From an archaeon (GTDB lineage: Archaea > Asgardarchaeota > Thorarchaeia > Thorarchaeales > Thorarchaeaceae), in assembly GCA_024276825.1 (NCBI GenBank), contig JAJRWI010000058.1, positions 1-22,311 of the forward strand: a DNA stretch of 22,311 nt. Direction: 5' to 3'. Below are positions 1 through 9,584 of this stretch, piece after piece. The notes beneath the pieces were generated by a model. The model was not told where the DNA came from. It searched no databases and was given only the letters and a program-made list of their open reading frames with translations. Positions within the stretch are counted from its first letter, which is position 1, and the number at the start of each line of letters is the position of its first letter. The position numbers and the translations under genes are program-made.

Positions 1-211
1 ATAGCTGATACTCGCCATCTGCAGACTTATTGACAATCCCCATCTTAGCCAGCCTATTGAGCTGTCTTGAGGTTTCTTGAACAGTCACGTCAATCTCTCT
101 TGCAAGTGCACTCAACCTCATTCTCTGCTTCTGAAGCGAATGAATTATCTCAAGTCTCGTAGCATTAGCTAGTTCAAAAAACAGTTCGGACATACTCTCA
201 AGAATTTCCAT
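1..211 (-). CDS. ArsR-type winged-helix transcription regulator, N-terminal part (runs off the window start)
   Basis: Not in the ORF track. Manual translation from ATG 211 gives MEILESMSELFFELANATRLEIIHSLQKQRMRLSALAREIDVTVQETSRQLNRLAKMGIVNKSADGEYQL, matching the ArsR pattern (LF..LA...RL.I...L, HTH, wing). Divergent from the flavodoxin pair. Confidence 0.85.
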   Translation of the reverse strand, partial: MEILESMSELFFELANATRLEIIHSLQKQRMRLSALAREIDVTVQETSRQLNRLAKMGIVNKSADGEYQL

Positions 212-295
212 AATGTTTTTTTCATAATTGGTGCTGAGATTTCAGCTTTTCTCTTTAAAAGGTATTATTACTCTGCATCAATCAAACAAAAGTCG

Positions 296-880
296 GTGTT
301 AGAATTGAAGGCACTACTACTGGATGGGTTTGACGATAGAACACATGAAACAGAGTCAGTTGAAGACCTGATTATGTCATCTCTCGAATCAAACGGTTGG
401 ACGCTTGAAGTTGTGCGACTGCGTGATTTGAAGATAGCATATTGTCAGGGATGCTTCAAGTGCTGGGTCAAGACCCCTGGAGTCTGCGTGATTGATGATG
501 CTGGACGCGAAGTCACCCGCAAGATTGTTCAATCGGACTTGGTGATCTATTTTACGCCAGTCACCTTCGGTGGCTATTCGTCCACATTGAAGAAGGCACT
601 CGACAGGTCAATCTCTCTGATTCATCCATTCTTTGAGAAAACGCATGGGGAGTATCACCATAAAAGACGATATCCCAAGACCTTTCATTTCATTGGGCTC
701 GGAGTTCTATCTGAGCGTGATAATGAACAGGCACAGATGTTCTCTCATCTGATTGAGAGAAATGCATTAAATCTACGAACTGAAAAATATGCATTATCAA
801 TCATCTATCCTGGCCAAGAACTCGAAGAGATCAAGGGCAACTTTGACAATGCACTACTGAAGGTGGGGGTGATTCGATGA
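296..880 (+). CDS. Flavodoxin-fold protein, NADPH-dependent FMN reductase / iron-sulfur flavoprotein family
   Basis: CQGCFKCWVKTPGVC Cys motif, then DD, SDLVIYFTPVTFGGYS and LKKALDR. True start may be TTG at 305. Confidence 0.85.
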   Translation: MLELKALLLDGFDDRTHETESVEDLIMSSLESNGWTLEVVRLRDLKIAYCQGCFKCWVKTPGVCVIDDAGREVTRKIVQSDLVIYFTPVTFGGYSSTLKKALDRSISLIHPFFEKTHGEYHHKRRYPKTFHFIGLGVLSERDNEQAQMFSHLIERNALNLRTEKYALSIIYPGQELEEIKGNFDNALLKVGVIR

Positions 881-1554
881 ACAGGTCAAAGAGAGCATTA
901 CTCATAGTTGGCAGTCCAAAGCAAGAGAGAAGCACTTCTTACGCACTGCTGTCCTACCTTGAGAAGTATCTCAATAAACATGGGATAGAAACAGAAACCT
1001 CCTTTGTCCTGAAACTCTTGCACGAGTCAGATGGCATTGATAGGATCATTGCATCTATCAACAACTCCGACTTTGTCATCCTTGCTGCTCCCTTGTATGT
1101 GGACTTACTTCCTGCACCAGTGATTTTGATGATGGAAAAGATTGCAGGGAAACGCACCTCGACTTCTGAACATCAACCGATGTTCATAGCAATCATTAAC
1201 AGTGGTTTCCCAGAGGCCCATCAGAATCGCCTTGCAATAGAGTTCTGCAAGATGTTTGCAAAAAAGGTCGGTTTCCTCTGGGGTGGCGGGCTGCCCTTTG
1301 GTGGGGGTGCTGCAATAAACGGAGAGTCTCTGGAGCAGGCTGGCTCGAGAGCAAGATTTGCACGTCCAGCCATGGAATTGCTGGCAAAATCCCTTGCTGA
1401 TGGGATGGGTGTCCCAGATAAAGCAGTCGAGCTGATAAGTAAACCCATCATTCCAAAGTTTCTGTATGCAAGAGTTGCCAATCGCAGTTGGGTCTCTCAG
1501 GCCAAAGAGTATGGTATGCACAAGCAACTCGATGCTAGACCCTATTTGGAGTGA
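877..1554 (+). CDS. Flavodoxin-like NAD(P)H-dependent oxidoreductase
   Basis: ALLIVGSPK..STS FMN loop, APLYVD and NSGFPE motifs. ATGA overlap with the upstream gene. Confidence 0.8.
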   Translation: MNRSKRALLIVGSPKQERSTSYALLSYLEKYLNKHGIETETSFVLKLLHESDGIDRIIASINNSDFVILAAPLYVDLLPAPVILMMEKIAGKRTSTSEHQPMFIAIINSGFPEAHQNRLAIEFCKMFAKKVGFLWGGGLPFGGGAAINGESLEQAGSRARFARPAMELLAKSLADGMGVPDKAVELISKPIIPKFLYARVANRSWVSQAKEYGMHKQLDARPYLE

Positions 1555-1709
1555 TTAATATTTCCGAGTTTCAAGGTCTTGGCAATCATAGAATGGCCCT
1601 GACCTTGTGATCTATTTCTTTGAAAATGGCTGGCTGATGATAATCATGCAAATTGCATAATAATGGAATCAATTATATAAATTCTGAAAGAATAGCAATA
1701 TGAACTATA

Positions 1710-2063
1710 TTGCCAATGATTGCAGCTTGCGGGATTGATTGTGAACCTTGTCCAATTAGAAGAATGATATTTGATGATGATGCGGCAAAAGAGGTCATTG
1801 CATGGTTTCATGAGAGGGGATTCCTGAAATCTGAAGAAGGCTTGGATGAGGCTATTAAGAGAAACATGTACTGTTGCGGTTGTTTTGGAGATCGTGATAG
1901 ACATTGGTCACCAGATTGTGAGATCTTGAATTGTTGCGTTGATACCAAACATCTTAACAATTGTAGTGAGTGTGATGAGTTTCCCTGTAATAGACTCACT
2001 GATCGCGCTCAGAATAACGCTCGCTATGACGAGGCATTGGAACGACTCAAATCTCTTCGATAG
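1710..2063 (+). CDS. DUF3795-family Cys-rich protein
   Basis: ACGIDCEPCP...CCGC...CEILNCC......CSECDEFPC pattern. Confidence 0.85.
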   Translation: MPMIAACGIDCEPCPIRRMIFDDDAAKEVIAWFHERGFLKSEEGLDEAIKRNMYCCGCFGDRDRHWSPDCEILNCCVDTKHLNNCSECDEFPCNRLTDRAQNNARYDEALERLKSLR

Positions 2064-2104
2064 AGCAAATCTAAATCATTTTGCCTGCCAAGTTGGAAAC
2101 ACAA

Positions 2105-2434
2105 TCACTCTTTAGAGATTGCCCTGACCTTGTCCTCCATCCTGCGTGGCTTGTCGCGTCGGTCATCAATCCTCAGTAATGTGGAAACTCTCTTGGCCCC
2201 AGCTATGAACATCCTCTCATGTGCAGCCTTTGTGGCCTCAAGAATTTCATCAACAGAGTCAGCCTCAAGTATTGAACTCATGGGGGTATGCAGCACTCGA
2301 ATGTTTGGAAACTCGTCGAGCACCTTGACTGACTCTTTCACATATTTGCTCAGACTTGTTCCTACTCCAAATGGAGCAATCACCAGTTCTGCGATCACCT
2401 TTGTCCTTTTCTCTCTCCTGCTAATTGTCATCAC
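2105..2434 (-). CDS. MTH1187/YkoF-family thiamine-binding protein (DUF77)
   Basis: VIAELVIAPFG.GTSLSKYV, TPMSSILE and RVSTLLRIDDRRDK...MEDKV motifs. Confidence 0.9.
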   Translation of the reverse strand: MMTISRREKRTKVIAELVIAPFGVGTSLSKYVKESVKVLDEFPNIRVLHTPMSSILEADSVDEILEATKAAHERMFIAGAKRVSTLLRIDDRRDKPRRMEDKVRAISKE

Positions 2435-2517
2435 CTATCACTCTTCCATGTCAGAAGGCTCACTATCTCTTAACAAACAAAATGATATAACTTTCATTGT
2501 GGATGTTTTTGCTAGTA

Positions 2518-2979
2518 ATGTTGAAGCACAAATTCACATCACGAATGTACCAGTTTGTCAGACTCATGTTGACACTCTCCATTCCAGTTTAAATCTTCTT
2601 TCTCGTATTGCCAGTAGTTTACTTCTCAATTCCAGAAATACGTGAATCCCTGCTATCTGGTACATCACCAATTGCAGCCTTTCTGGGAGCAATTTTCATG
2701 ATATTCTTGAGTCTTGTTTCTCTCTACATGTTAAGAGCATGGATCCTCACTTTTCGCAAAGAGTAGGCATCGGGTGTCATCGAATCAATGACAATTCGCT
2801 ATTCTCGAGGTGGGCATATTTATAGATGGGTGAAATTAATTGTTGACAACAAGACATGGCGTGTGATTGATGAGAGTGACTTGAGTAATCAGCTCATCGA
2901 AGGTATGGATGTATCAATGATTGTGGATGGAAATGGTCTGATCACACATATTGACTGGTAGTCTGAGATTGAAGACTAG
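2518..2979 (+). pseudogene. Interrupted membrane protein (two TM helices plus a beta-rich C-terminal domain) with in-frame stops
   Basis: One frame reads MLKHKFTSRMYQFVRLMLTLSIPV*IFFLVLPVVYFSIPEIRESLLSGTSPIAAFLGAIFMIFLSLVSLYMLRAWILTFRKE*ASGVIESMTIRYSRGGHIYRWVKLIVDNKTWRVIDESDLSNQLIEGMDVSMIVDGNGLITHIDW*SEIED*. Stops at 2590 (TAA), 2764 (TAG) and 2959 (TAG). It fills an otherwise empty gap. Confidence 0.6.
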
Positions 2980-3028
2980 GCATTTTCAAACGAATCTTGG
3001 CCCATGACATTAATACTCTGGAAGTTTT

Positions 3029-3799
3029 TCATGGATGCTCTTTGTAAGCACGCACAACAATACTTCTATCCTTGTCTTGATTTAGCGGGTGCTCGTGATA
3101 GTTCGAGTAAAACTCAACAGTGACAAACTGACAATCGCTCAGTATCTCTTGCAATATTTCTTTGTCTAACCTGAGGACATTCTGCGATGCCATGACTGTC
3201 GCCCAGCTGTTTCTCTCCTTCTTGAATGAAGTCATGACAAGAGTACTGTAGTTTTTGTCTTTATGGTGCTGGAAGAACCTTGCAAACAGATACCTCACCT
3301 CTCCAGAGTCATAGACACCCTTGATAGGAAAGTAGGCAAATCCATCCCTCAATATGGAACGAAAGTTTAGCACCTGAATCACAAAAGCGCCCTCTTGTGT
3401 CAATATGCCATTAATGGTCTTGATCAATTGTTTTACTTGGTCTACAGTTTCGAGCAATGCAAGTGAGTTCCCCAAACATAAGGCAAGATCGAATTTTCCA
3501 GTAGTCATGGGGCTAATATCCAATATGTTTGCGACAATGAACTCAGGTGGGTTATCCAGACCTTTTGCAAGACTCTTGGCTTCATTGATCATGGTAGTGC
3601 TCTTGTCCACACCTATGACTTCGTGCCCTTGCTCTGCCAAGGCAATAGCATGCCTTCCACTACCGCAAGCAAGATCCAGCACTCTAGCAGACTGCCTATC
3701 TCCGAGGGTTTTTAAAATAAAAGGAATCTCTCTTGCGAGCCTCCTATCCCAGTCAATTGAACGGTCATACGCAAGTGCCATCTCATCAAAGGAACTCAT
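3029..3799 (-). CDS. Class I SAM-dependent methyltransferase
   Basis: VLDLACGSGRH motif I, GVDKS motif II and FDLALCLGNSL. Directly downstream of the dehalogenase gene. Confidence 0.9.
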   Translation of the reverse strand: MSSFDEMALAYDRSIDWDRRLAREIPFILKTLGDRQSARVLDLACGSGRHAIALAEQGHEVIGVDKSTTMINEAKSLAKGLDNPPEFIVANILDISPMTTGKFDLALCLGNSLALLETVDQVKQLIKTINGILTQEGAFVIQVLNFRSILRDGFAYFPIKGVYDSGEVRYLFARFFQHHKDKNYSTLVMTSFKKERNSWATVMASQNVLRLDKEILQEILSDCQFVTVEFYSNYHEHPLNQDKDRSIVVRAYKEHP

Positions 3800-3819
3800 T
3801 ATTCAGTTTCACTCACACA

Positions 3820-5175
3820 TCATTTTTTCCAGATTGTACGCGGATCGACCTGGCGCCCAAAGCCTGCAAGTTCGTCCATTTTGACAATTAGTCTATTCAG
3901 CCATGGCATATGTTGAACCATCCATAGTACTATCTTATGAAGAATGTTGTTTGGCTTGTTGTATGGGCATGAGCGAATGCAGTTTGAGCAGTCGCTCCCA
4001 TTCTCAACCCAGAACCCGTAGCATGTTTCTGGGTTAATATACCACTTTCTAATCCCGGGATTGTTCGATTTAGTTTCCCCCTGCCAAGTCCTGCCTCTGT
4101 CATATGAGATGGATTGTGATGGGCAATGTTCTGCACACTTCTTGCAGGCTTCACAAAACCGTACAACCGCCCTGCAAAAGTCGAAGTTTGGCTTGTCGGG
4201 GATTAGAGGCATATCAGTGAGTATCTTGGCAATTCTCACTCTTGGACCGAACTGCTTTGTAATCAAAAGCCCATGACGACCATATTGTCCAAGACCAGCA
4301 TCAATTGCCAAAGGAACACTCAGGGCCACATTGTTTCCGCAGGGTATTGCTAAATAGCCCAATCGTTAGATATACTCCGCCAGCTCTATCTCCAAGAATG
4401 CCATTTTCGAGTATCCCAATGCTGTAGCGACTGATGCAGCGAAGGCAGGAGATGAGTTGATCTTGTCATAATCCATCTCTACTGCCATGACCACTGCAAA
4501 CATGATGGACTCGTCAATGTCATAGGGTTCCCCCTCGATATTGGTCTGGTAGATCCACTTTCTGTCCAGTTTTGCAACGCCCACAAGTGATGCGCCAAAG
4601 AATCGTGCTACTCTCTTGATGTGTTGTGTCAATATCTCGGGGTCTGCCTTCAAGCGTCTTTGAGGTCTTTTGCTCTTGTGCTGCTTCACATCATATGCAT
4701 CCGATGCATTGAATCTAGAATCATACAGCTTCCATGTGGCGATTGAGAGTTCAAGATCAAGTCTGCCATATCCCGCAATCCTCTTTCTAACCACACTCTC
4801 TGATGAGTGATACACTCCCTTCTGATAGTGTTGAAATGAGGGGTCCTTGTACACTCTTGCAAATATCATGTTGGCCTCTGGAAACCTCTCAAAATAATCA
4901 GCAACCTCATAGGGCCTTTTGTCCTCCTCGATCTTGACACGAGCCCTCCTCTTCGCCTGCCGCCTCGCACCTCTCTTCTCGTCCAATGATATCGCATCGA
5001 AAGGACATGCGCGGGCACAACTCAAACAACTCGTACAAGGCTGGTTCTCAAAGTGTGGGTGCCCATCACCCTCATCAAACTTGATGTATACATTATCTCC
5101 GTGAATTCTTTGACATGCTTGAATACACTCAAGAGCACACTCGTTGGGCCTACAGAGAACGGCATCAATCCTCAT
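3820..5175 (-). pseudogene. rdhA: Reductive dehalogenase (RdhA/QueG-superfamily cobalamin Fe-S enzyme) split by one in-frame TAA at 4366-4368
   Basis: ORFs 4366..5175 and 3820..4362 share a frame: AEYI*RLGYLAIP. Motifs include IKRVARFFGASLVGV, WIY, AIDAGLGQYGRHGLLIT..FGPRVRI.KILTD.PL, FCEACKKCAEHCPSQSI and C...W......CSNCIRSCPYNK. Confidence 0.85.
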
Positions 5176-5276
5176 TTGACATCATCTTTGAACCCGTTCA
5201 TTGCCATTGATTAGTTTCTTGGTGAGCGTCATTTTTGAGAGTAGCCTTCTTTAGTAAGTTCATCAAACAGAACTCT

Positions 5277-5618
5277 GTGCCAATCGATAAATCATTTAGA
5301 GAAACATGGAGGATCATTGGTCAATACAAAGGAATCTCTGTGTGGCGACATCCTGAGAGAGAAGAATATATTCATGGCTCTGTGGTTGGTGTCTGCATCT
5401 CCTCATGTATTGGCTGTTTGAAATGCATTGATGCCTGCCCCACCAATGTGTTTGTTGAATTTCATGATGGTCAGGAGCATCTTGCTGTTTCACCAGAGAG
5501 AGAGCACGACTGCATTCTATGTTTCGCTTGCGAACTATTATGTCCTGCACAGGCAATTCATATAGAACAGAATGGAGGGTCCAGTGACACACTAGACTCT
5601 TTACTGAGAAGTGCATAA
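5277..5618 (+). CDS. 2x[4Fe-4S] ferredoxin with an N-terminal extension
   Basis: CIGCLKCIDACP and CILCFACELLCP motifs. GTG at 5277 (MPIDKSF) preferred over the TTG at 5235. Confidence 0.85.
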   Translation: MPIDKSFRETWRIIGQYKGISVWRHPEREEYIHGSVVGVCISSCIGCLKCIDACPTNVFVEFHDGQEHLAVSPEREHDCILCFACELLCPAQAIHIEQNGGSSDTLDSLLRSA

Positions 5619-5640
5619 ATTATCCAGTGAGGTATGATTA

Positions 5641-6783
5641 ATGTTTGACGTGTTGTTAACAGATGAAGAGAAGGCAATTCGTGATGAGGTCCGCTCCTTC
5701 GTGAGAGACAAGGTTGATCGTGAACTCATAATTAAGATGGACTCGAAGGAGAAGGAATATCCCTATGAATTTGTGAAGGCCGCGGGAGATGCGAATCTGC
5801 TAGGCCTTAGATTCGAGAAGAAGTATGGGGGCCGCGAACTTGGATGGGTCGCCGAAATGGCGGCTATTGAGGAAGTTGGAGTCCTTGGGATTGCTCTCAG
5901 CTGCGCCTATTCACTCCCATCAATCATTGGTGAAGGGATCGCCAAATTCGGTACCGAAGAGCAGAAGCGTGAGTATCTCCTCCCAACCCTTCAGGGAAAG
6001 AGGATTGGTGGCGAGGGCCTGACTGAGCCCCGCAGTGGTAGCGACTTCTTTGGAACGGTCACTACAGCAATCAAAAAGGGTGACTCATTTATAATCAATG
6101 GTGAAAAACGGTTCGTGGCTGGTGGTGTTGGTGCAGACTATTTTCTCATCTATGCCAAGACCGACTTTAAGGCAAAGCCCCATGAGTCATTAAGCGCTTT
6201 TCTCATTGATCGTGACCATGGTGTCAGAGTTGAGGAAGAATACGAACTGATGGGTTGTCGCGGAATGGGCGCTGCGAGAATTGTCTTTGAGAATCTGGAG
6301 GTCCCAGAAACCGCCCTTCTGGGAGAGACCAATAAGGGTGCTGATGTGTTCAATGCAATGATGGTTCCTGAACGACTGACCTCTGCTGCTGGATCTGTTG
6401 GTATGGGACAGGCCGCTCTTGAGATAGCAATTAGATACGCTGACAAGCGAGAGGCCTTTGGCAGAAAGATCCGACGCTTTGAAGGAATAAGCTTTAAGGT
6501 GGCAAAGTGCATGACCGATCTTGATGCTGCGCGTGGTCTAGTCTTCAGAGCTGCCAAAGTGGCTGATACAGGTCGCTGGTGTAGAAAGGAGGTCTCTCAG
6601 GCAAAGGCCTTTGCCACCGAGGCCGGCTTTAGGGCTGTACACGAGGCCATGCAGATCATGGGCGGTATCGGCTACACTGATGTCTACCCCATTGAACGTC
6701 TGTATCGTGATGCACGATTGGCCACTATTTGGACTGGGAGTAATGAGGTTCAATGGTTGATCATTCAGAATGAGGTATTCTAA
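5641..6783 (+). CDS. Acyl-CoA dehydrogenase (C-terminus possibly truncated; frame stays open to TGA 6901-6903)
   Basis: GLTEPRSGSD, INGEKRF, R.AFGRKI, QIMGGIGY..YPIERLYRDAR...IWTGSNEV motifs. Confidence 0.95.
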   Translation: MFDVLLTDEEKAIRDEVRSFVRDKVDRELIIKMDSKEKEYPYEFVKAAGDANLLGLRFEKKYGGRELGWVAEMAAIEEVGVLGIALSCAYSLPSIIGEGIAKFGTEEQKREYLLPTLQGKRIGGEGLTEPRSGSDFFGTVTTAIKKGDSFIINGEKRFVAGGVGADYFLIYAKTDFKAKPHESLSAFLIDRDHGVRVEEEYELMGCRGMGAARIVFENLEVPETALLGETNKGADVFNAMMVPERLTSAAGSVGMGQAALEIAIRYADKREAFGRKIRRFEGISFKVAKCMTDLDAARGLVFRAAKVADTGRWCRKEVSQAKAFATEAGFRAVHEAMQIMGGIGYTDVYPIERLYRDARLATIWTGSNEVQWLIIQNEVF

Positions 6784-7035
6784 GAGGTTCTTTCAATGAA
6801 CAGGTCATTGAAGCGGGATGTAGAACTAGACACTCCAGGGTTTCATAAGACCAAAGAAAAAGTATACTCTGTTCCCCCGGACAGGTTCATGCCAAAAGAT
6901 TGAATGATAATGGTGTTGGGACTGATTTGCGGCTTGCACTTCGGCATTGAAGTCATGCGTGTGAAACTCATATACAATTGATCCCAATTGTCAGCCTGCT
7001 ATGCAGTATCTAATGATTTATTAACAATCGAATCA

Positions 7036-7047
7036 TAACTATAGTTA
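7036..7047. promoter_or_regulatory. Perfect 12-bp palindrome TAACTATAGTTA, candidate operator
   Basis: Lies in AT-rich DNA about 35 bp upstream of the 7082 start codon. Confidence 0.35.
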
Positions 7048-7081
7048 ATTAATTCACAGTTGAATTTGAAGAGGTATAAAA

Positions 7082-7249
7082 ATGGCAAAGCTCGTTTGTT
7101 CAAAATGTGATCATAAAGAGTCAGTACCAATGCATTGCGGAAAAGAGATGCGCAAGGAAGGCAACAGCCTTGTCTGCTGGATGGGCCCTGGCTGTGGCAT
7201 TCAATCAATTCCGGAGCACTGCGGAGCTCAAATGGATTTAGTGGAGTAA
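7082..7249 (+). CDS. 55-aa tandem Cys/His metal-finger protein (desulforedoxin/Zn-ribbon-like)
   Basis: Not in the ORF track. MAKLVCSKCDHKESVPMHCGKEMRKEGNSLVCWMGPGCGIQSIPEHCGAQMDLVE*. Purine-rich GAGG lies upstream and its TAA overlaps the next ATG (TAATG). Confidence 0.8.
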   Translation: MAKLVCSKCDHKESVPMHCGKEMRKEGNSLVCWMGPGCGIQSIPEHCGAQMDLVE

Positions 7250-7806
7250 TGGAATTGATACTTGAAGAGATAGCAAAACGAAAGAGTGGTCGTGCATATG
7301 ACCATGATAGACCAGTTTCAGATGAGATGATAAGGTCAATCATTGAGGCTGGTCGACTTGCTCCCTCATGTGCCAATACGCAGGCCTGGGACTTTGTGGT
7401 CATAAGGGATCCCGCAATCAGAGAGAAGGCCGATGAGGCTTTGACAGGCGGAAATTACTGGGCCAAGAGAGCGCCAGTAATGATATTTGTTGTCACACAT
7501 CCCAAAGATGGTTGTTCGGTTCATGGCCTGAATTATTTTATGATGGACGTTGGACTCGCCGTTGAGAATATGCTCATTCAGGCAGTCCACTTGGGCCTGA
7601 TGGGACATCCAACAGCCGGATGGAATGAGGACAAGCTCAAGGAGATTGCAGGAATACCTCATGATCATAAGATAGCGACAGTGGTCTTCTTCGGATACGA
7701 ATATCAGGGTGAACCGACATTTCTCAGCGACAAGCATCAAGCAATAGAGCGGGAAGGTTCCCAACGAAAAGAGGTTTCCGAAGTACTCCACTGGAACCAT
7801 TGGTGA
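7249..7806 (+). CDS. Nitroreductase family protein
   Basis: IAKRKSGRAY, AGRLAPSCANTQAWDFVVI and DVGLAVENMLIQAVHLGL. Start reassigned from 7135 to ATG 7249. Confidence 0.92.
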   Translation: MELILEEIAKRKSGRAYDHDRPVSDEMIRSIIEAGRLAPSCANTQAWDFVVIRDPAIREKADEALTGGNYWAKRAPVMIFVVTHPKDGCSVHGLNYFMMDVGLAVENMLIQAVHLGLMGHPTAGWNEDKLKEIAGIPHDHKIATVVFFGYEYQGEPTFLSDKHQAIEREGSQRKEVSEVLHWNHW

Positions 7807-7866
7807 GCATCGCAAGAGATTTCAAGCATGCTGCCTTAGATTTCATAATACTGGAGTGTAGAATCC

Positions 7867-8235
7867 GTGCAAGGCTTCTTATTCTTTAATGCAATCTGGT
7901 ACGTACTCCCCTCTATCATTCTAGGACTCATTATTGGGCGGATGATAGGTGGAAACAAGGGATATACGGTATTTGAACGACTTGCTTTGGCCATAATCCT
8001 TGGTACTGTGGGCGGCCTTATTGTGTCCTTTATTGTAGGAACGCAGGTTGAGATAAATACACAATATGTCCTTCTTGGAATTGCATCATTCCTCACAGCG
8101 ACCTTCTTCGGCGCAGCGACCAATTGGGCAGAACCACCCCCTCCAGATCCGAAAAGGCACATAATCTACGACTTCGATGATGATGACGAGGCGTTCGATC
8201 GTGAGATCGAAGAGGCTCTGGGTGGTTCAAACTAG
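7867..8235 (+). CDS. Three-TM membrane protein with a Pro-rich and acidic C-terminal tail
   Basis: Three hydrophobic segments, then EPPPPDPKRHIIYDFDDDDEAFDREIEEAL. Confidence 0.75.
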   Translation: MQGFLFFNAIWYVLPSIILGLIIGRMIGGNKGYTVFERLALAIILGTVGGLIVSFIVGTQVEINTQYVLLGIASFLTATFFGAATNWAEPPPPDPKRHIIYDFDDDDEAFDREIEEALGGSN

Positions 8236-8310
8236 ACGAGTCCATGCACATAACTACAATAAAGACACCTTGCCTGTGAATCTAGTAACTCTCAAAGGAG
8301 TGTAAGACAA

Positions 8311-9546
8311 GTGAAAAAGAATCTACCATACATGTTGAGTCTGTTCTTAATAGCTGGACTCCTATGGAGTGCGGCACTGACGCCTGTCATGTCAGTTCCT
8401 CCTGCAGGTTGGAGTGGCGATGACAATCTCGCCTTTTTGCTGAATGTCAATGGGGTTTCAGCTGCAGACTCCGACTTGAGCAATCCGATAGTGCTTGAGA
8501 GCAATGGCAATGTTACACTTGAACTCACAATCGATGTGAACAATAACCTGACACTTCTCTCTGGTAAGTTTGTCCTGTCTTACATGGGATTTCCCATCGT
8601 GAATCAGCCCTTTGAACTGAATCAGATTATTCCCGCAGGATTCAACGCAGTCTTGATGAACACTACCCTGCCATTAGGCGACTTACTAAGTATGGGCGGA
8701 ATCGATCTCTTCACTGGTACTGTGATTGGTAGCTTCTCTTTCACTTACTCATTGAACCTCACTGCCCCATATACAAACACTACAGTGTCTGATGACTTTG
8801 TACTCAAGGTTGGAGGTACTGGTGCTGCTGCGATCTTCTCAGTATCAGGTCTACTCACTGTTGGCTTTACAGTGATGGCAGTGTTCAGTTTACTCATGGC
8901 ATTAGATGACTTTCAACAAGGCATTCTTGCTGCAAGGAAAATGCGAGGAGCATCTCGCGCATCCGAAGTTGGAATCTTTCCAAAGCCTGTGGTTCTCAGA
9001 CGCAAGTCCAAGAAGAAGGGCGAGCAAATAGATATGGGGGAACTTAAACGGAGAGTCAGTCAACTTGCAGCTAACTCTTGGGATGGGAAACGCTGTCCAA
9101 AATGTGGCAAGAAGTGGAAGAAGGACGCTTCTACATGCTCTAAATGCAATATCACTAGAAACGAGGCACTCAGTTATTTCTCAACAGACATTGCAGAATA
9201 TGCACCAAAAGCAGTAAAGATAGTCAAGCCCAAATCAAAGATCACTGTTGGCAAGTTCTCCAAGCGTCTTAAGCTCAAACCCAACAAGGGCGGAGCACTG
9301 GCAGCTGCGCTCACTGATATGGGAATCTTCAGGACCCGTAGTGTTAAAGTGCCTGTGAACAAGGTCGCAATGGCAGGAATGACTCTGGCTAGCACTTACT
9401 GGAGCTGGCAACAGATTTTTGGCAACGCAACTCCAAGTTGGGTTGATATTCTGCTGTCATTCACTCTGGGTCTATCAATCTCTGTGTTGGTCGCCTATTT
9501 TATGAAGTGGTTGGCACGAGTGCCGCGCTTTGGATACGATGATTAG
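8311..9546 (+). CDS. Membrane protein: signal peptide, beta-rich ectodomain, TM, Zn ribbon, wHTH-like segment, two C-terminal TMs
   Basis: Hydrophobic N-terminus, TM at about aa 175-198, CPKC...CSKC, and ITVGKFSKRLKLKPNKGGALAAALTDMGIF resembling a winged helix. Confidence 0.75.
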   Translation: MKKNLPYMLSLFLIAGLLWSAALTPVMSVPPAGWSGDDNLAFLLNVNGVSAADSDLSNPIVLESNGNVTLELTIDVNNNLTLLSGKFVLSYMGFPIVNQPFELNQIIPAGFNAVLMNTTLPLGDLLSMGGIDLFTGTVIGSFSFTYSLNLTAPYTNTTVSDDFVLKVGGTGAAAIFSVSGLLTVGFTVMAVFSLLMALDDFQQGILAARKMRGASRASEVGIFPKPVVLRRKSKKKGEQIDMGELKRRVSQLAANSWDGKRCPKCGKKWKKDASTCSKCNITRNEALSYFSTDIAEYAPKAVKIVKPKSKITVGKFSKRLKLKPNKGGALAAALTDMGIFRTRSVKVPVNKVAMAGMTLASTYWSWQQIFGNATPSWVDILLSFTLGLSISVLVAYFMKWLARVPRFGYDD

Positions 9547-9554
9547 AACAAGCC

Positions 9555-9584
9555 TCCCATCCAATCGGATGGGATCTCTTTTTT
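9555..9584 (+). terminator. Hairpin plus T-tract terminator
   Basis: TCCCATCC-AATC-GGATGGGA (8-bp stem) followed by TCTCTTTTTT, 9 nt after the TAG. Confidence 0.65.

Noticed and set aside
7135-7248. N-terminal extension of the nitroreductase in the ORF track
   Set aside because: Better explained by the 55-aa metal-finger gene in another frame, with the nitroreductase starting at ATG 7249.
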